This document shows positions 11,789-24,832 of a stretch of DNA of 64,000 nucleotides, in pieces; position 1 is the stretch's first letter; each line of letters opens with the position of its first letter. The stretch lies in NCBI GenBank assembly GCA_045837725.1, contig JBEWZL010000292.1, forward strand, positions 1-64,000. Direction: 5' to 3'. Position numbers and translations under genes: made by a program. The notes beneath the pieces are model-generated. The model was not told the DNA's origin. It saw nothing but the letters and a program-made list of their open reading frames with translations, and did no database searches. The stretch comes from Vermamoeba vermiformis (Eukaryota).

Positions 11789-14700
11789 TTATTTGCCTCC
11801 GTTGAACTTTTGAAGCATTTCTTTGCGCTCAGTGATCTTTTTGATGGCCTCGTCCAGTACTGCAATGTCAGTGACATTGGTCAGGTCAAACACTAATGGC
11901 TCGCGGGTCAGTGACTGTAACTCTCGTTGTCGCAGCAACTCTTTTGACACTTCAGTTGACGCGCGTGGTGATTTTGCGTTGGGCTTTTGTTCGTCAACAG
12001 TCATTGAGCGTGACGACTTGCTGCCACTGTAACTCGGTTTGACTTGTTTGAATGTGAATTCGGTGTTGGCCCGTGAAGGGGCGTCTGATCGTGCTGATTT
12101 AGAGCCGCTGCTGCTGATAGCCAGTTTTGGATCGGACATGTACGAGCGTGACAAACTGTCACTCGATGAGGACTCGTCGTCCACTTTGACACTCAACGAG
12201 GACAGTCTGAGTTCGAGTTTGTCGAAGGAGAATTCAGTGGCTGGTGAGGGTTCAACAGTGTCAAGTGGCACGTAACCATTGGGCACGACATTGCTGCCTG
12301 AGTCAGCGAGCACGAATTGTCGTGAACCACGTGGACTAGGCAACACCGACTTGCGACTGCTGGAACGACTGATTGCACCGTCGCCTGTTGGACTCAGTGG
12401 CGGACTGCTGGACTTGCGCATGGTGAGGGCCTTTTCAATCAGGTCTTTAATCATGCCCAGTCGGGGCACTGACATCTTGTTTCTGAAGGCTGGTGTCTCG
12501 CGCAGTGCTGCTCGCTCAGAATTGATTACTGCAGATCTGTTAGTGGTGAAATAATTATTAAGGAAAATACACATACACTTTAGAAGCAACCAGCGCTTGA
12601 ATTCAGGAGTATTTCCAAACACAGCTGGAGCAGGCAGTGAAGGAGGGTGTGGTGGCACAGTCTGTTTGTGCACGCACTCCACTTTGTAGCGCACACCAGG
12701 ACCTGTGTGCTTCAGTTTTTGCACAACGACGAAATTGTCTGGAATAAGATGTTAATGTCACTGCGGTGCTCGTGCTAATTATTGAACGTACGATTGAATT
12801 GTGAGTTGAAAATTGACGGATCAAACTTCTGATCGCCCTCTTTGAATATCAACATGACGACGTCATTGCCCAAGTGGCGTTTGCGGTCAATCTAAGTTCA
12901 ATGTTAGAATAAGGCAGGTATTAATATAACCGCTGCATACTCGTTGCGGGTCTTCAGCACGAGCAGGAATGAGTGGTGCTGCGTGGAACATGACCTCAGT
13001 GTCTTCAATCTCTGCGTACACACCCTTGCAGTCTGCGTGCGATGTTAGCATCGGTCTAGTAGTTATGTATATAAGTTGTCCGTACCTCCTTCAGTAGGCA
13101 GACCAGCAATGTATTTGGTCCAGCTCTTAATTTCCACTGTCTGACCCAAAAAGTCCATAAACTCTTGCAGATCCGCGCTGATCACATCTAAACAGCCGAG
13201 ATGTTAGCCGCCGTTGTAATAAAAACAGGATAATATATGACGTACCATTGCTATAATAATCATTTTCTTCAATCTGTCCAGCCTTGACATAGAGCAGGCC
13301 GAATTTATACTTCTTGAAATAACTGTTGTTTTCGTACTCCAACAGCGCGTCATTCATGTCTACGTCCAACTGATGCAGATAGGGTTATTATAAGCGGCAC
13401 TATAAAACGATCAACAAGTACCTTTTTGACGCCGTTGAACTCTTTGCCGAGTACTTTGGTAGTGATGTACTTCAACAACTCTTTTTCGTTGTCAATGTAA
13501 TATGGCACGACAATAGGCACTGTGTCGCGCGTGTGAAAGACGAGTGCTTTGTGCTCACTGGTGGGCAGCTTGGTGATGGCGATTAAGAAGGCTGTCTTCT
13601 CTTCTTCTTCGCCCGCATAGCCGTACAATTGATACTCTAATGCCAACATAAGTCGCTGTCACAATGATTGTTGACACGTGTCACACATACCTCGTGCGGC
13701 CATGAATGAGCGGAACAACAACGGCTTCTCGATCAACTTCATGGACTCGCTGCTCAGGCCTTGCGCGTTGCTGGACAGCTCGTACACATAGCCCTTGTCC
13801 AAGGACTCAGCGGCAATGCTACTGTCACGTGCTGGTTTGCCGTAGTTGTTGCCGTGCAGTTTGCGCCACAAGCCGAGTTCAGAGTGCATGGACCACATCT
13901 CTTCGGCATTGTTCAGCGCGTACTTCTCCATGGCCAATACGACACTATTTACAATTTCAATGGACTGATATATCGATTACATGCGGCACTTCAACTTACT
14001 CTTCATAATTCGCGTAGTCACCAGCGTACTTGGATGCGTGTTGATAAATAAATCCATTCTTCTCGCTGTAAATAAATAGACCACCCAGTTGACTGTGTGA
14101 TTGATGATTAATATCAATATCTCACTAAATACAAGTGTTGTGAACTTACAGCAAGTCACCCTGCGTCTGTCCTTGTCTGTAGCCTTTTTTGATGGCATTA
14201 GCTGCTGCGGCCAAACTTCTCAAGCCCAAAGCAGACTTGAAATCTGATTACGAGCGGTAAGATTAATAATGTAGCACTAAACATATTGATGTTAATACCT
14301 CGTCGGAGGTTGAGCAATTTGTAAATCTTGCGCAGCTGATCCACGTAGAGTTTGCCGGGGAAATTGAATTCAGACTTGAAGTTCTTCGCCATTGCTGGAG
14401 TGCCATTGCCAATAGCCACAATACGCACGCCACTAATATCATAAACAGTTAGAATTTCCAAATTAAGCAATTGTCCAAACTAAGCAATTATCAAATTAAT
14501 CGAATTAAATCGCACTTACAGCTCTTCAAGACGATCTTTAAAAGCTGCCAATTCACCGCACGCTTGTCGACACAACATGCTGCAATAAGACCGTTAGTAA
14601 GTCGAATGCTCGTAGATACAATTGAAAGATGACTCTTACCAGCCAAAGTGTCGCAGGAACAACAACATGGTGACTTGACCCGCCACGACCTCTTTCAAGG

Positions 14701-15510
14701 CGACTTTGTTGCCCTCCATGTCCTCCACCACACTCTCCAACAGCTCTGCATCAAAGTCAGCAATTGTCGGAAATCATACTACGACACCCTCAACGTCAAT
14801 GCCCTTGACAAGTTGCAACGTCAGTACTTGATTTACCTTTATAAAAATCAGTATTATCGTCTTCTGCTTCCATCTCCTCATCTTCGGTCAGATCCGTAGC
14901 GGTTTCATTAATTTTAGTGAACTCGTTTTCAAAATCAGAAAGTCCGTGCTTGAGATCATCGCCTGTATTATTTTTTAAGTCTTCAACCAATTTTTTAGCA
15001 TTCTTAGCGAAGTTCTTTGTGCGGATTAACGCTTCGCTCCATTCCTTTTGTTCTTGTTCATCTTTTGCAATGAGCGATACCCTGTTAAAACGCGTTAATT
15101 AAATGCTAGTGATCGTTGCCTATGTATGTATATCCCGATTTAATATTGCGATCGGCCGGCGGAAGCGGCGGGAAGGTTTCGGTGGTTGATTAAAAAATTG
15201 CGGAAATGCTCAAATAAGCATTAAATACACTCTAAAATACTTACTTGTTGCCTTTCTTCGTTTTAATTAATAACTTGAATTTATCCTTTGAATTTCTGCT
15301 TGTGATCTCCGCCCCGTCCATGCTAACATTGCCTACAAGTTTACTCTTGCCAGGTCCGAGTTGTGGGTTGTCAGTATATATCAACACCTCCTCGCTAACC
15401 TCGTCTAATTCGAACCAACATCGTCGGTACTTGGAGAACTTAAAACGGCCTCGCTTGAGCAAATAGCCGTCCTTCTTTAAGCCGTCTTGTAGATTAGCGA
15501 CCTCTTGCAT
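11789..15510 (-). CDS. PH + AhpC/TSA-2 (PRXL2-like, CxxC) + RapGAP multidomain protein
   Basis: KDGYLLKRG..RRCWFEL..EWSEAL (PH); FLRHFGCMLCRQ..VAIGNGT..YVDQ..QLGG (PRXL2-like); YKFGLLYVKAGQ, EVMFH, RKRHLGNDVV (RapGAP); exons join in frame by manual splicing. Confidence 0.8.
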
Positions 15511-15816
15511 CTTTGTTGATTTACGTTGCTTACTATTCAAAATGAATTTCGCAATGTGGGTGAGTAAAAATAGAACACGTGCTTCGAATGGACTTTTAAG
15601 GAAATGACGGCGCGCGACTTTAATTGTCTGCACGAGACCCACGTCATGCATGATTGAATAATCGTTATGGAGAATAGCATCCTGGCAATTATTGAACTTC
15701 AAGACTCCTTGTTTTCGGAATCTGCCCGAAGTAGCTGTCAGATCCATCAAACAAAACGAGGCTGCGTCAAAAATTTTTGTTTAAGCTGGTCAATTAATTG
15801 AGCGCAATACACCTCA

Positions 15817-18064
15817 ATGAAAATTTATGAAATTGTAATTGCAATAATTTTTACTTGGGTTGCCTTGGGAAGTTGCGATCCAAACTATCAACTGACTTCA
15901 TCGCTTCCCAAATCCAGCACTCCACAAGCAGGTACACTTTACAAACATTATCTATTCGCACTTATGCACTTAAATTCAATCGCAACTTCGATCTACTCGA
16001 AAATATCTCCAGAAATAATCCTGACACTGAAAATAATTAATTTACTTTGACACAGCGTACCCTGACTGGGCTCATGACCATTGGGTGAGGATCATAATTA
16101 ATGGCGATGCTCTATTTTTTTTATTGACATGCCAATGATTTGTAGGTATGGCTCTCCAGCCCTGAAGCGAATCAAAACTCCATGCTGCAGCTGGTCAAGG
16201 ACTATCAACAGCACAATATTCCCGTAGGAGCGGTTGATCTTGATAGCATGTGGTCTACAGGTAACTTTGGGGACATCCGGAAGTTTCGCTCACCTCTTTA
16301 CAGGAGTCAACAACTTCAAGTGGAACACGAACAAGTATCCCAACTCTACGTGGATGATTGAACAATTTCACAGCATGGGCATTCGTGTCATACTTTGGGT
16401 CACGTCAATGATTGACAAGGACTCGGATAACTATCAGTACGCGTACGAACACCTTTATTTGCTGAACGATGGTACGACACTCGAATATGATACTATTATA
16501 CTGTATTTTAACGCATTTATTAGGCGAACTAATCAATTGGTGGCATGGTATTTATCCAGAGTTACATTTAATTCACAATGTACCTTTAATAACACATCAC
16601 TAGGAAAGGGTGCGCTATTCGACTACACCAATCCCAATGGTTTGAAATGGTGGCACTCGCAGCTTCAAGCAGTGCTCGATCAAGGCATTGATGGCTGGAA
16701 GTGCGACGGAACAGATCCGTTCATTTATGGCACGTGCTTGTTGCCGCATCAAACTGTTGCTAATGCATTCTTTAGAACTCATAGTGCCTATTGGATATGC
16801 GGGAATTGTAGACCCAAGAGACTACGCCAATCGATACTACAGGTGTGTATTTGGAACATTCCTCGAACTGTTGTTTGACACGTGTCACTTCAGAGATTTC
16901 TTGTACTACTCGCGCAAGACCAACCCTGATGCACTGATCATGTCACGCCCAGTGGATAGTTATGGTCCTATTTATTGGCAATTCTCACCGCGTGATGTTG
17001 TGTTGTCTGGCAAGTGACTCGTTACTAGCAGACTGTCCACTCCTAACCCATTGGTTCACAGGCTGGGTCGGAGATCAAGACCCCACTTTTGATGGCCTGC
17101 AACGAGCCCTCGAGAACTACTTCCACAGCGCATGGGACGGCTACGTCAACTTCGGCTCAGACATTGGTGGTTATCGCACTGGCAAAGGTGTGCTTGGCCG
17201 CACCAAAGAGCTGTTCATTCGCTGGGCTCAACTCGGTGCACTATCACCGCTGATGGAGAACGGTGGTAACAAAGAACATCGTCCTTGGATGTTCGATGAC
17301 GAGACACTGCAAATTTACCGCAACTTTGTCAACCTCCACATGTCACTCAAGCCGTACTTCTTGACTGTTGGCAGCAATGCACTCGCGAGCAACTACTCAG
17401 CCATTACACCCATGTCTAAGTACACCTTTGTAGTCACCAACTGGAACTATTTGCTTGGTCCTGATGTAAGTTCGGACGTATACTTTATACAAATATTCAT
17501 TGCAACTGCAGGTGTTCGTCGCACCTATTGTCAAAAACAGTACCGAGCGCTCAGTGGAATTCCCTACGGGCTCAGACTGGGCTGATTGGTGGAATTCATC
17601 GCTCATCTATCGCGGAGGATCCACGGCACAGCTGACAGTGCCGCTTGCTTCGTATCCTGTGTTCAAACGTGTTGGCTCGTTGATTCCAATGAACTTCCCT
17701 GACACTGGTCTCACTGTAGTCACTACACCGCACATGTACGTCAATATGCTCGATGACAATCAGACTTAACCTGTTCATTCTTAGCGGCATGAACGCTCAG
17801 ACTTCTATTCGCTTTTGGAACGCACCTTCACGCGATGTCGCAATGACTTGGGCCTCGGAGTCCTCGCTGCGCATTGCCACGAGTCCAGGCCACACGCACA
17901 TTGCAGTCTTGTTGCGCGGCGTGTACTGTCCTCGTCGCGTTGAGGCTCTTGAAGGTCGCGTCAAGTGGAACTGCCGCAACAACAATGAAGTACTCGTGCA
18001 AATGGACGAAAACGCCTCGTTGATTGAAGTAGGCGGCCTGTTGCAGAATACAGTTTACTTTTAA
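15817..18064 (+). CDS. Glycoside hydrolase family 31 with signal peptide
   Basis: AVDLDSMW, GIDGWKCDG (nucleophile Asp), WVGDQ (acid/base Asp), GSDIGGY, ELFIRWAQLGA, VAPI. Confidence 0.9.
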
Positions 18065-18186
18065 TTGGCAATAAAAACTAGAAAGCTCACGCACTACTGT
18101 TTTTCAGAATTCTCGACAAGCAAAAACTTAGGAATTTGTTCTTTACACAATTTTAATTATTACGAGCACAACAACAACAGCATACA

Positions 18187-19295
18187 ATGTACCCTTATCA
18201 GAGCCCGTCCTTCATTCCGACCGGAACCAATCCGTATAATACGCTTCCGCAACCCAACTATGGAAATCCAATGTATACAGGAGCTCCCATGGCTACTCAA
18301 ATGCCCACTGGAACTTTAGGTCCTCAATTCACACCTACTACTTGGGTAAGAGCGGATGCGGCGGGATCACGAAAAATTTAAATTTCACACGCATAATTTT
18401 ATTAAATAGGATTACTAATTTACTTTTTACATCTGCATTACTTTGTCAATAACCAATTAGAAATAACAATTTTTAAAATTGATCTTGCAAGCTTTCTTTC
18501 CCTAACACACAATTCTGCAGTACGCCCAATACTATCAACAACTCACGCCAGCAGAAATTGCTAATTTACGAGCGTGGTTCGATGCTATCGGTACGAGCAA
18601 TCTACCCAAGCTTACGTGGCAAGACTAACATTTAACGGGCAGACCGCGATCGATCAGGCACACTCGAAGTCGCTGAGTTGCAAAATGGTAAGAACCCTGG
18701 TTATGATACATGTAGCAGTCCTTATTAATATCTTTCCCCAGTGACATTCGACGGCAGACCTCTGGGCTTTGAAGCGGCGCTAAAGTTGGTGAAGGTGTTC
18801 GACAAGGATCGCAATGGCCGCGTCGACTTTTACGAATATGCCTCGATGCACAAGTTCATCACTCGTGTGCGGTGAGTGTTCGCGTGCCATATTGTATGCA
18901 ATAGAACATTAGCTGACTCACTCGTCACAGCCAAGCATTTCTGATCGCAGACTCAGATCGCAGTGGTCGCATTGAAGCGCGTGAGATCTACACTGCGCTG
19001 TTGACTGCAGGACTCAACTTCTTGACCGTCAACTCCATCTCTGAACTCATGCTCAAGTTCAACAAGACGGGCATGGGACTCTCTTGGGAAGAGTTCTTAA
19101 TGCTCGCCGCACATGTCGCGCACTGTCGCTCGATATTTGAGTGGTACGTAGTGTATCATATGTCAGATATATATGTGGCCTATGTATGGAGATTGAATAC
19201 TAAGTACTTATTACTATAGGAACGACAAGGACAATGACGGATGGATTACTATTAATCTCGATCAATTAATTCAGTTGTCATCTTACCTCAGCTAA
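18187..19295 (+). CDS. Penta-EF-hand protein (ALG-2/peflin-like)
   Basis: Pro/Tyr/Gly-rich N-terminus; EF loops [46 protein letters not shown]. Confidence 0.85.
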
Positions 19296-19577
19296 TAATG
19301 TACTAGCGAGTAATCAATATGACAATAGTGTTGTAAATATGAGCTGATTATAAACAAAACGGCCCAAAACTAATTCGGCCAATTATTAAATTTCATTACT
19401 GGGCTGTTTTCTCATGTTTATTAGTTTCTCATTTAATACCGCTTGAAAGTGCTCTGTTTAGATTAATTATACAGATTCGTAAGATAAGCTCGCTACTAAT
19501 TGTGCATATGTGAATTCACAACCCAAAAAATATGTTTCTTGTTTAGAAACAATGTTATTATCATTCAAACACTAGAC

Positions 19578-22271
19578 ATGTTGAGGGCTGCAATTAGCGC
19601 TTTGAAGCAAACAAGCAAAGCGCAGCTTGGATCGCGATCTGTGCTTGGATCGGTCTTCGCAACCAAGAAGAATGTGGCGAATACTACGATACTGTTTAAC
19701 CAAAAACCTCTTATAGATACATCATGCGCTTTTTATGCAGTCAAGAGAAGAAAGTTACGAACAAAAGTAACAAAAGAAAAAGAGTTAAAACAGGAAAAAG
19801 TCAAAGCTGCAGCACCAATACCGCAAAAAAATGAACCGAAAGTTAAAGATGCATCGTATTATTTTGAAAAAGCCAAGGATTTAGGTAAAAAAATTAGAAA
19901 AAATAGTTGGACTATTTTATTAAATAATTTGCTTTGGATCCAGAGAGCAAAGAAAAATACTCTGAAGCGTTGAAAGCCTATGAAAAAGCTGATAGCTTAG
20001 AGCCCGAAAACCCATTAATTCAATTCGGTCTCGGTTCAGTATATTTGCATATGAATCAAGTTGACAAAGCGATCGAGAAGTTGAAGCTCACGATCCGCCT
20101 CGCAGAAATGGCGAAGAGGCCTGATGAGCATCTATTACAAACAGTCTCTAGGGCTTATAACAACTTAGCCATTATCCGGTTCGAACAAGGCAAACTAGAG
20201 CTCGCCAAGAAAAATTTCAAAAAGGCAACTATCCACCAAACTATTTGGCAACAATTAAGCGTTATTCTAATACACCCTATAGGCCATCGTTGTAGACCAC
20301 AAAATACCCGATGTGTACGTCAATTTAGGAGTGATTTGCAACCGTCAGAAGAAATACTCAGAGTGAGTTGTGACGACTATTCAATCACCATTTATTAACA
20401 CGATGCAGAGCTCTGGAACACTTCAAACAAGGACTGAAAACATTTAAAATGCTCGATGACCAAGGTGAGATCGAAGAGGGCCCAGAAGAAGAGCGAGGTA
20501 CGTGACGGGTGTCATTCTTAGACTAGACGTATCAGTGCTGACACTACTGCAGAGAGAATATCGTATTTGTATCAGCAGATGGCTATTTCATATGGATCGC
20601 TCGGCAAGCACAACAAGGCCTACGCTGCGCTGAAGAAGGCGTATTTGCTCAACTCTGAGGACTTGACTGTCACGCGCATGTTGGCCAAGCTGAGTGAAGA
20701 GCGCGAGGAGTTTGTGGATGCAGTGCAGTACTACGAGCGCATATTAGAGTAAGTGACAGACACGTGATGCAGGTCAGTAATTGACACGTGTCATTGAATA
20801 GGCTGGAAGAAGGGGACAAAGAAGCACACGCTCAGCTCGGTACATTGTACTCGCGCGAGGATTTGCCGCAGATTTACAACGTGTACAAGGCTGTCGAGCA
20901 CTTAGAGACGGTACTACTGTCCTCTATATAACACACTGTTATCTGTTGTGCTAATTGGTCCGCAGGCTTTTGAATTGGACCCCACACGATACGACATTGC
21001 CATGGCCCTGGGAATTATTCACTTCAACAACACTGGTGACACCGAGAAGGTACCTAGTGAATTCATATACTTTCATATATCGGATTCTCATTCAACCTTT
21101 GCAGGCAGCAGCTTATTTGATGGAAGTGTTGAAAGAAGAAGGAAATGAAAATCCACAACGCCGCTACATTGCGCACCTTACTTTAGCGAACATTGCGCTA
21201 GTCACAAACTCTGAATTTAATGTGAGTGCAATGAAAGTGTCACTGTCTGTACTAACGCCGTGCAGTCACTATTGGTGCAAGCTGATAAAGCGCGCTACGC
21301 CGTGAAACACTTCATTAAAGCAGCCGAGATATCACCCAATCCAGCCCTGTACGAGAACATTGCTCAGTGTTACTTGAAGGCCGGTCAGGTACGCAACGTA
21401 TTTCGTAATGCGCATCAACAACTTACTGAACCATAACAGCTCGATGAAGCAACAAAAGCACTGGAGAAGTCCATTGAATTGAACAATCGACGCGCACAAC
21501 CAATCAGCTGGCTCGCCCTGCTCTATTTGAAGCAAGAACAATTCGATCGAGCACGAACACTTGCAGCTCAAGCACTGGAACTGAGTCAGTACAATCGACT
21601 GGCGAACTACGTGTAAGTTCTTAATACTACCACTAAGAGCCTTATTAACAGCTTCACAGCATGGGCAAAGTCGCATATGTTGCGAAAGATGTCAACACAG
21701 CCGTGACACACATGACCGCTGCACTGAGCGAGACTGAATCAGAGCAAGAACCCACCTACATTGACGTGTTGTAAGTGCGACGCAGTATGACCAGCACCAC
21801 TAATGAACAACGTTATCAGCCAAACTGATCCTGCTCTCGTGCGCGATGCCCTGCGCGTCCTCTCTGAGTCACTGCAAGCACGAGGGGACTATGAAGAGGC
21901 GCTCAATGTCACTACACAAGCGCTCGCGAACAATGGCGAGGACTTTGAACTCTCATTCCGCGCAGGCACCTTGTACAGCAGCAAGGGCGAGTTCCGTACG
22001 TAACATTCACATTCACTTGTGCGTTGCTAATTCCACTTTTGTCACAGAAAAAGCAGCAGTTATGTTCCGCCGTGCTTCTGTAGTCGATCCGAACTCGATT
22101 GAAGCACCACTCCGACTGGCCGAAACACTGATGAAGCTGGATGACTACGGCCAAGCACTCGTGTACATCAACAAAGCAATCAACAACGCCGAGAAATATC
22201 AGAACGCAACACTGCCGACATTGATTGCCATTCGTCAAGCTGTGTCAGTGCTTGCAGGTCACAATAAATAA
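19578..22271 (+). CDS. TPR-repeat protein, probable mitochondrial presequence
   Basis: MLRAAISALKQTSKAQLGSRS start; many TPR helices (GLGSVYLHMNQVDKAIEKL, AYNNLAIIRFEQGKLELA). Confidence 0.75.
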
Positions 22272-22384
22272 TCATTTTACTACAGTTTCGTTATTTACAA
22301 CAATAATACATGTGATTTGTATGTACAGTTATTCGCAGCTTACTCGACGAGGGCTATTAACGCTCTTATTAAGAATTCAATAAA

Positions 22385-24630
22385 TCACCGCTCATTGTCC
22401 TTGCCGCTGTTGGTGTTCGCGTCACTCAGCACCTCGTCCACCTTGCGCACCTTGCGCTGTGGCTCTTCGTCATGCGCATCACTCTCGCGCTTTCTCTTGC
22501 GCTCAGCATCAATTTCAATGACCTCGGAGGACTCTGACGGGCCCTTAGACTCGTTCACTACGCCTTCACTCGCTGGCTCCTTGCGCAGTCGTGCTTTGTG
22601 AATGAAGCTGTTGTGCCTGCTGACCACTGGCGAATGACTCGGTGTGTTGTGCTCCGTGTCAAGATCTTTGCAGCTCTTGTCTTTGACACGATAGAATTCA
22701 ACATCGGCCAGGGGTACTGGTGCCACGAGGGGCTGGTCAGATGTCAACACAATGACAGGTGTCACTTCTGGACCCTTTTGTGCGGCTGTGTTTTGTTCAT
22801 GAATGATGCTGATGACACAGTCAGTCACGTGAACACTCATTCAGGGCACGACTTACCTGCGCATCTTCTCTTTCAACAGATTCAACAGCTGCAAATTCGG
22901 GCCCTTGTCTTTGTGCAGCTCTTTCTGCGTCTCGTAATAGTCCAACAACTCGCCCCACGTGTTGATGTCGCTGTGCAGTTGCTTCAACAGCAGTTGTGCG
23001 GCACGTTGTTTGGCCTCTTTCTTCGTCTTGCCAGTGCCCTCAGCCTGCAGCTGATCGAGCGTGGCTGTCACTGAAAATCTATTTTTAGTCTCGCTGGTGC
23101 CGATCTCCTCCGAGTTGTAGTGCACGTAGCTGCCCTCGCGATTGCAGTACTCTTGCAGCACTTGCACGGGGGTCTTGGCGCTCGTGCCATCGAGGTTCAT
23201 AATCTTCTCGTCGTCAATGGGCAAGTGGCGTGTCTGCAGTGCCGTTAATAAGACGAGTGTCACGCATGTAGCGCAGTCCTCACCTCGTTGAGATCATCTT
23301 TGAGCGCGACTTCCAAATTGACATTTTTGAGCAGCAAGTCACGTGGGTACTGCACAGTGTTAGCGAATGACACTCACACGACACGCGTCATTACCTGACC
23401 GGGACAGAGGTGCTCCAAGGACTCGAGGGCAGCGAGTTGTTTGGAGGTCTTTTTGTTGCTGAAACTGCCGCGGCCAATCACCTCGTCGTCGAGCATCACT
23501 TCGGTCACAAAGGGCGCCTTGCTGTCCTCTGTGTGACACGTGTCAAAATCATGCACGCGCGAGCAGCAGACCTACCTTGAATCGTGACGCGGTAATTGGG
23601 CGTCTTTTTGATGATGTTGAGGCAGTACTCTTGCAGGAAGGAGATCGGTGTCTTGCCCACGCCCGACAAGTCCTCCGCACTCCGCTTCTTCACGCCGCGC
23701 TTCGTGCCTGTCACTCGCTGGTCAGGGACTGTGTTTGACACGTGTCACAGTTACTGTCACTCACCGTACTCTGCAGTCGTCTTTCGCTTGCGTCGCTTCT
23801 CCTTGGACACAATCAGACTCACCAGCTCCAATGCGCGGGCTTTGATGGCGTGTCCAGACTCCGCCACATCCCCCTCACCCTCTGCGCGCTCACTCTCAGG
23901 CAGTGCCTCGTGTTCCGTGTCCTCTGCGGGCTCAATGTCGCCGTCACCTTCAATCAGCTCACCTTCTTCGAGCTCTTCACCGCCCTGATCCAGCGTGGTG
24001 CCTGCAGGAGTGATGAGTGCGTGCAGTGTGCGTCATATGCGCGACATTACCTTCGTCCAAGTCATCGACTGACTCCAGCACCGCGCTCTGTTCTTCAGCT
24101 GCGGGTTCCAGACCAGATCCGCTGTGGAGTGCGTGGCTGGGCAGTTCTTCCTCGAGCGATGCTTCGTCGCGAGTAGTCTTCGCAGGGTCATCGATAGCAT
24201 TGTCCTCTAGCACGATAGCGAATGAGGACAATAAGGGCGCGTGTTCCTAATCATGAATCGGTCAGAAATTGTGACTGCGGATCGAACGTCAACGCAAAAT
24301 TAAAATTAAAAATAAATTATTATTTGTCACTGCATATAATAAATTTCGTATACATGATGCGGTAGCACCACATTAAAATTGATGATTGAATTATTCAAGC
24401 GCATCTAACTCCTGACTTGCCTCCACTTTGAACTTGCGGACATAAGGACGAGTCCAGCAGACAGTGCCGCTCTCAGTGTGGTAGTAGAATGGTAGACCAT
24501 TGTTGTGGCGCATCTCTGTCCACCCTGCAGGCAAGGCCTCTCTGCGCGGACGAGATCTTCGTTTCTTCTCTTTTCTGCTCGGAGCATCTGCGCTGATGAC
24601 AGCAGCACTAGTTGCAGAAGGCTCGCTCAT
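22385..24630 (-). CDS. DGCR8: DGCR8/Pasha-like protein (WW domain + two dsRBDs + conserved C-terminal helix)
   Basis: LPAGWTEMRHNNGLPFYYHTESGTVCWTRPY; GKTPISFLQEY..GRGSFSNKKTSKQLAA; KTPVQVLQEY..AKQRAAQLLLKQLHSDINTWGELLDYY; collinear with the animal DGCR8 sequence as I recall it. Confidence 0.8.
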
Positions 24631-24832
24631 AATACTACGACCTCTCTCACCACATTATAGCTCGGTCGTTGATTAATTTCGCCGCGCTAAGGTATTTTGT
24701 TGTTAAAATCGAGCAGGGATCCGATCGAGAATCATCACGTGCGCAGTGCTGCCATGCGATTAGTAACATCAACAATCACACAACACCACTACCACTAGTA
24801 CACCGTGCACTCACAGCGTGCAATGACTGCTC

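Noticed and set aside
14774-14776. In-frame TGA just upstream of the PRXL2-like domain (possible selenocysteine, since SelU relatives are selenoproteins)
   Set aside because: A downstream acceptor (ctgactttgatgcag) places it inside the intron, and the active-site codons are TGC/TGT
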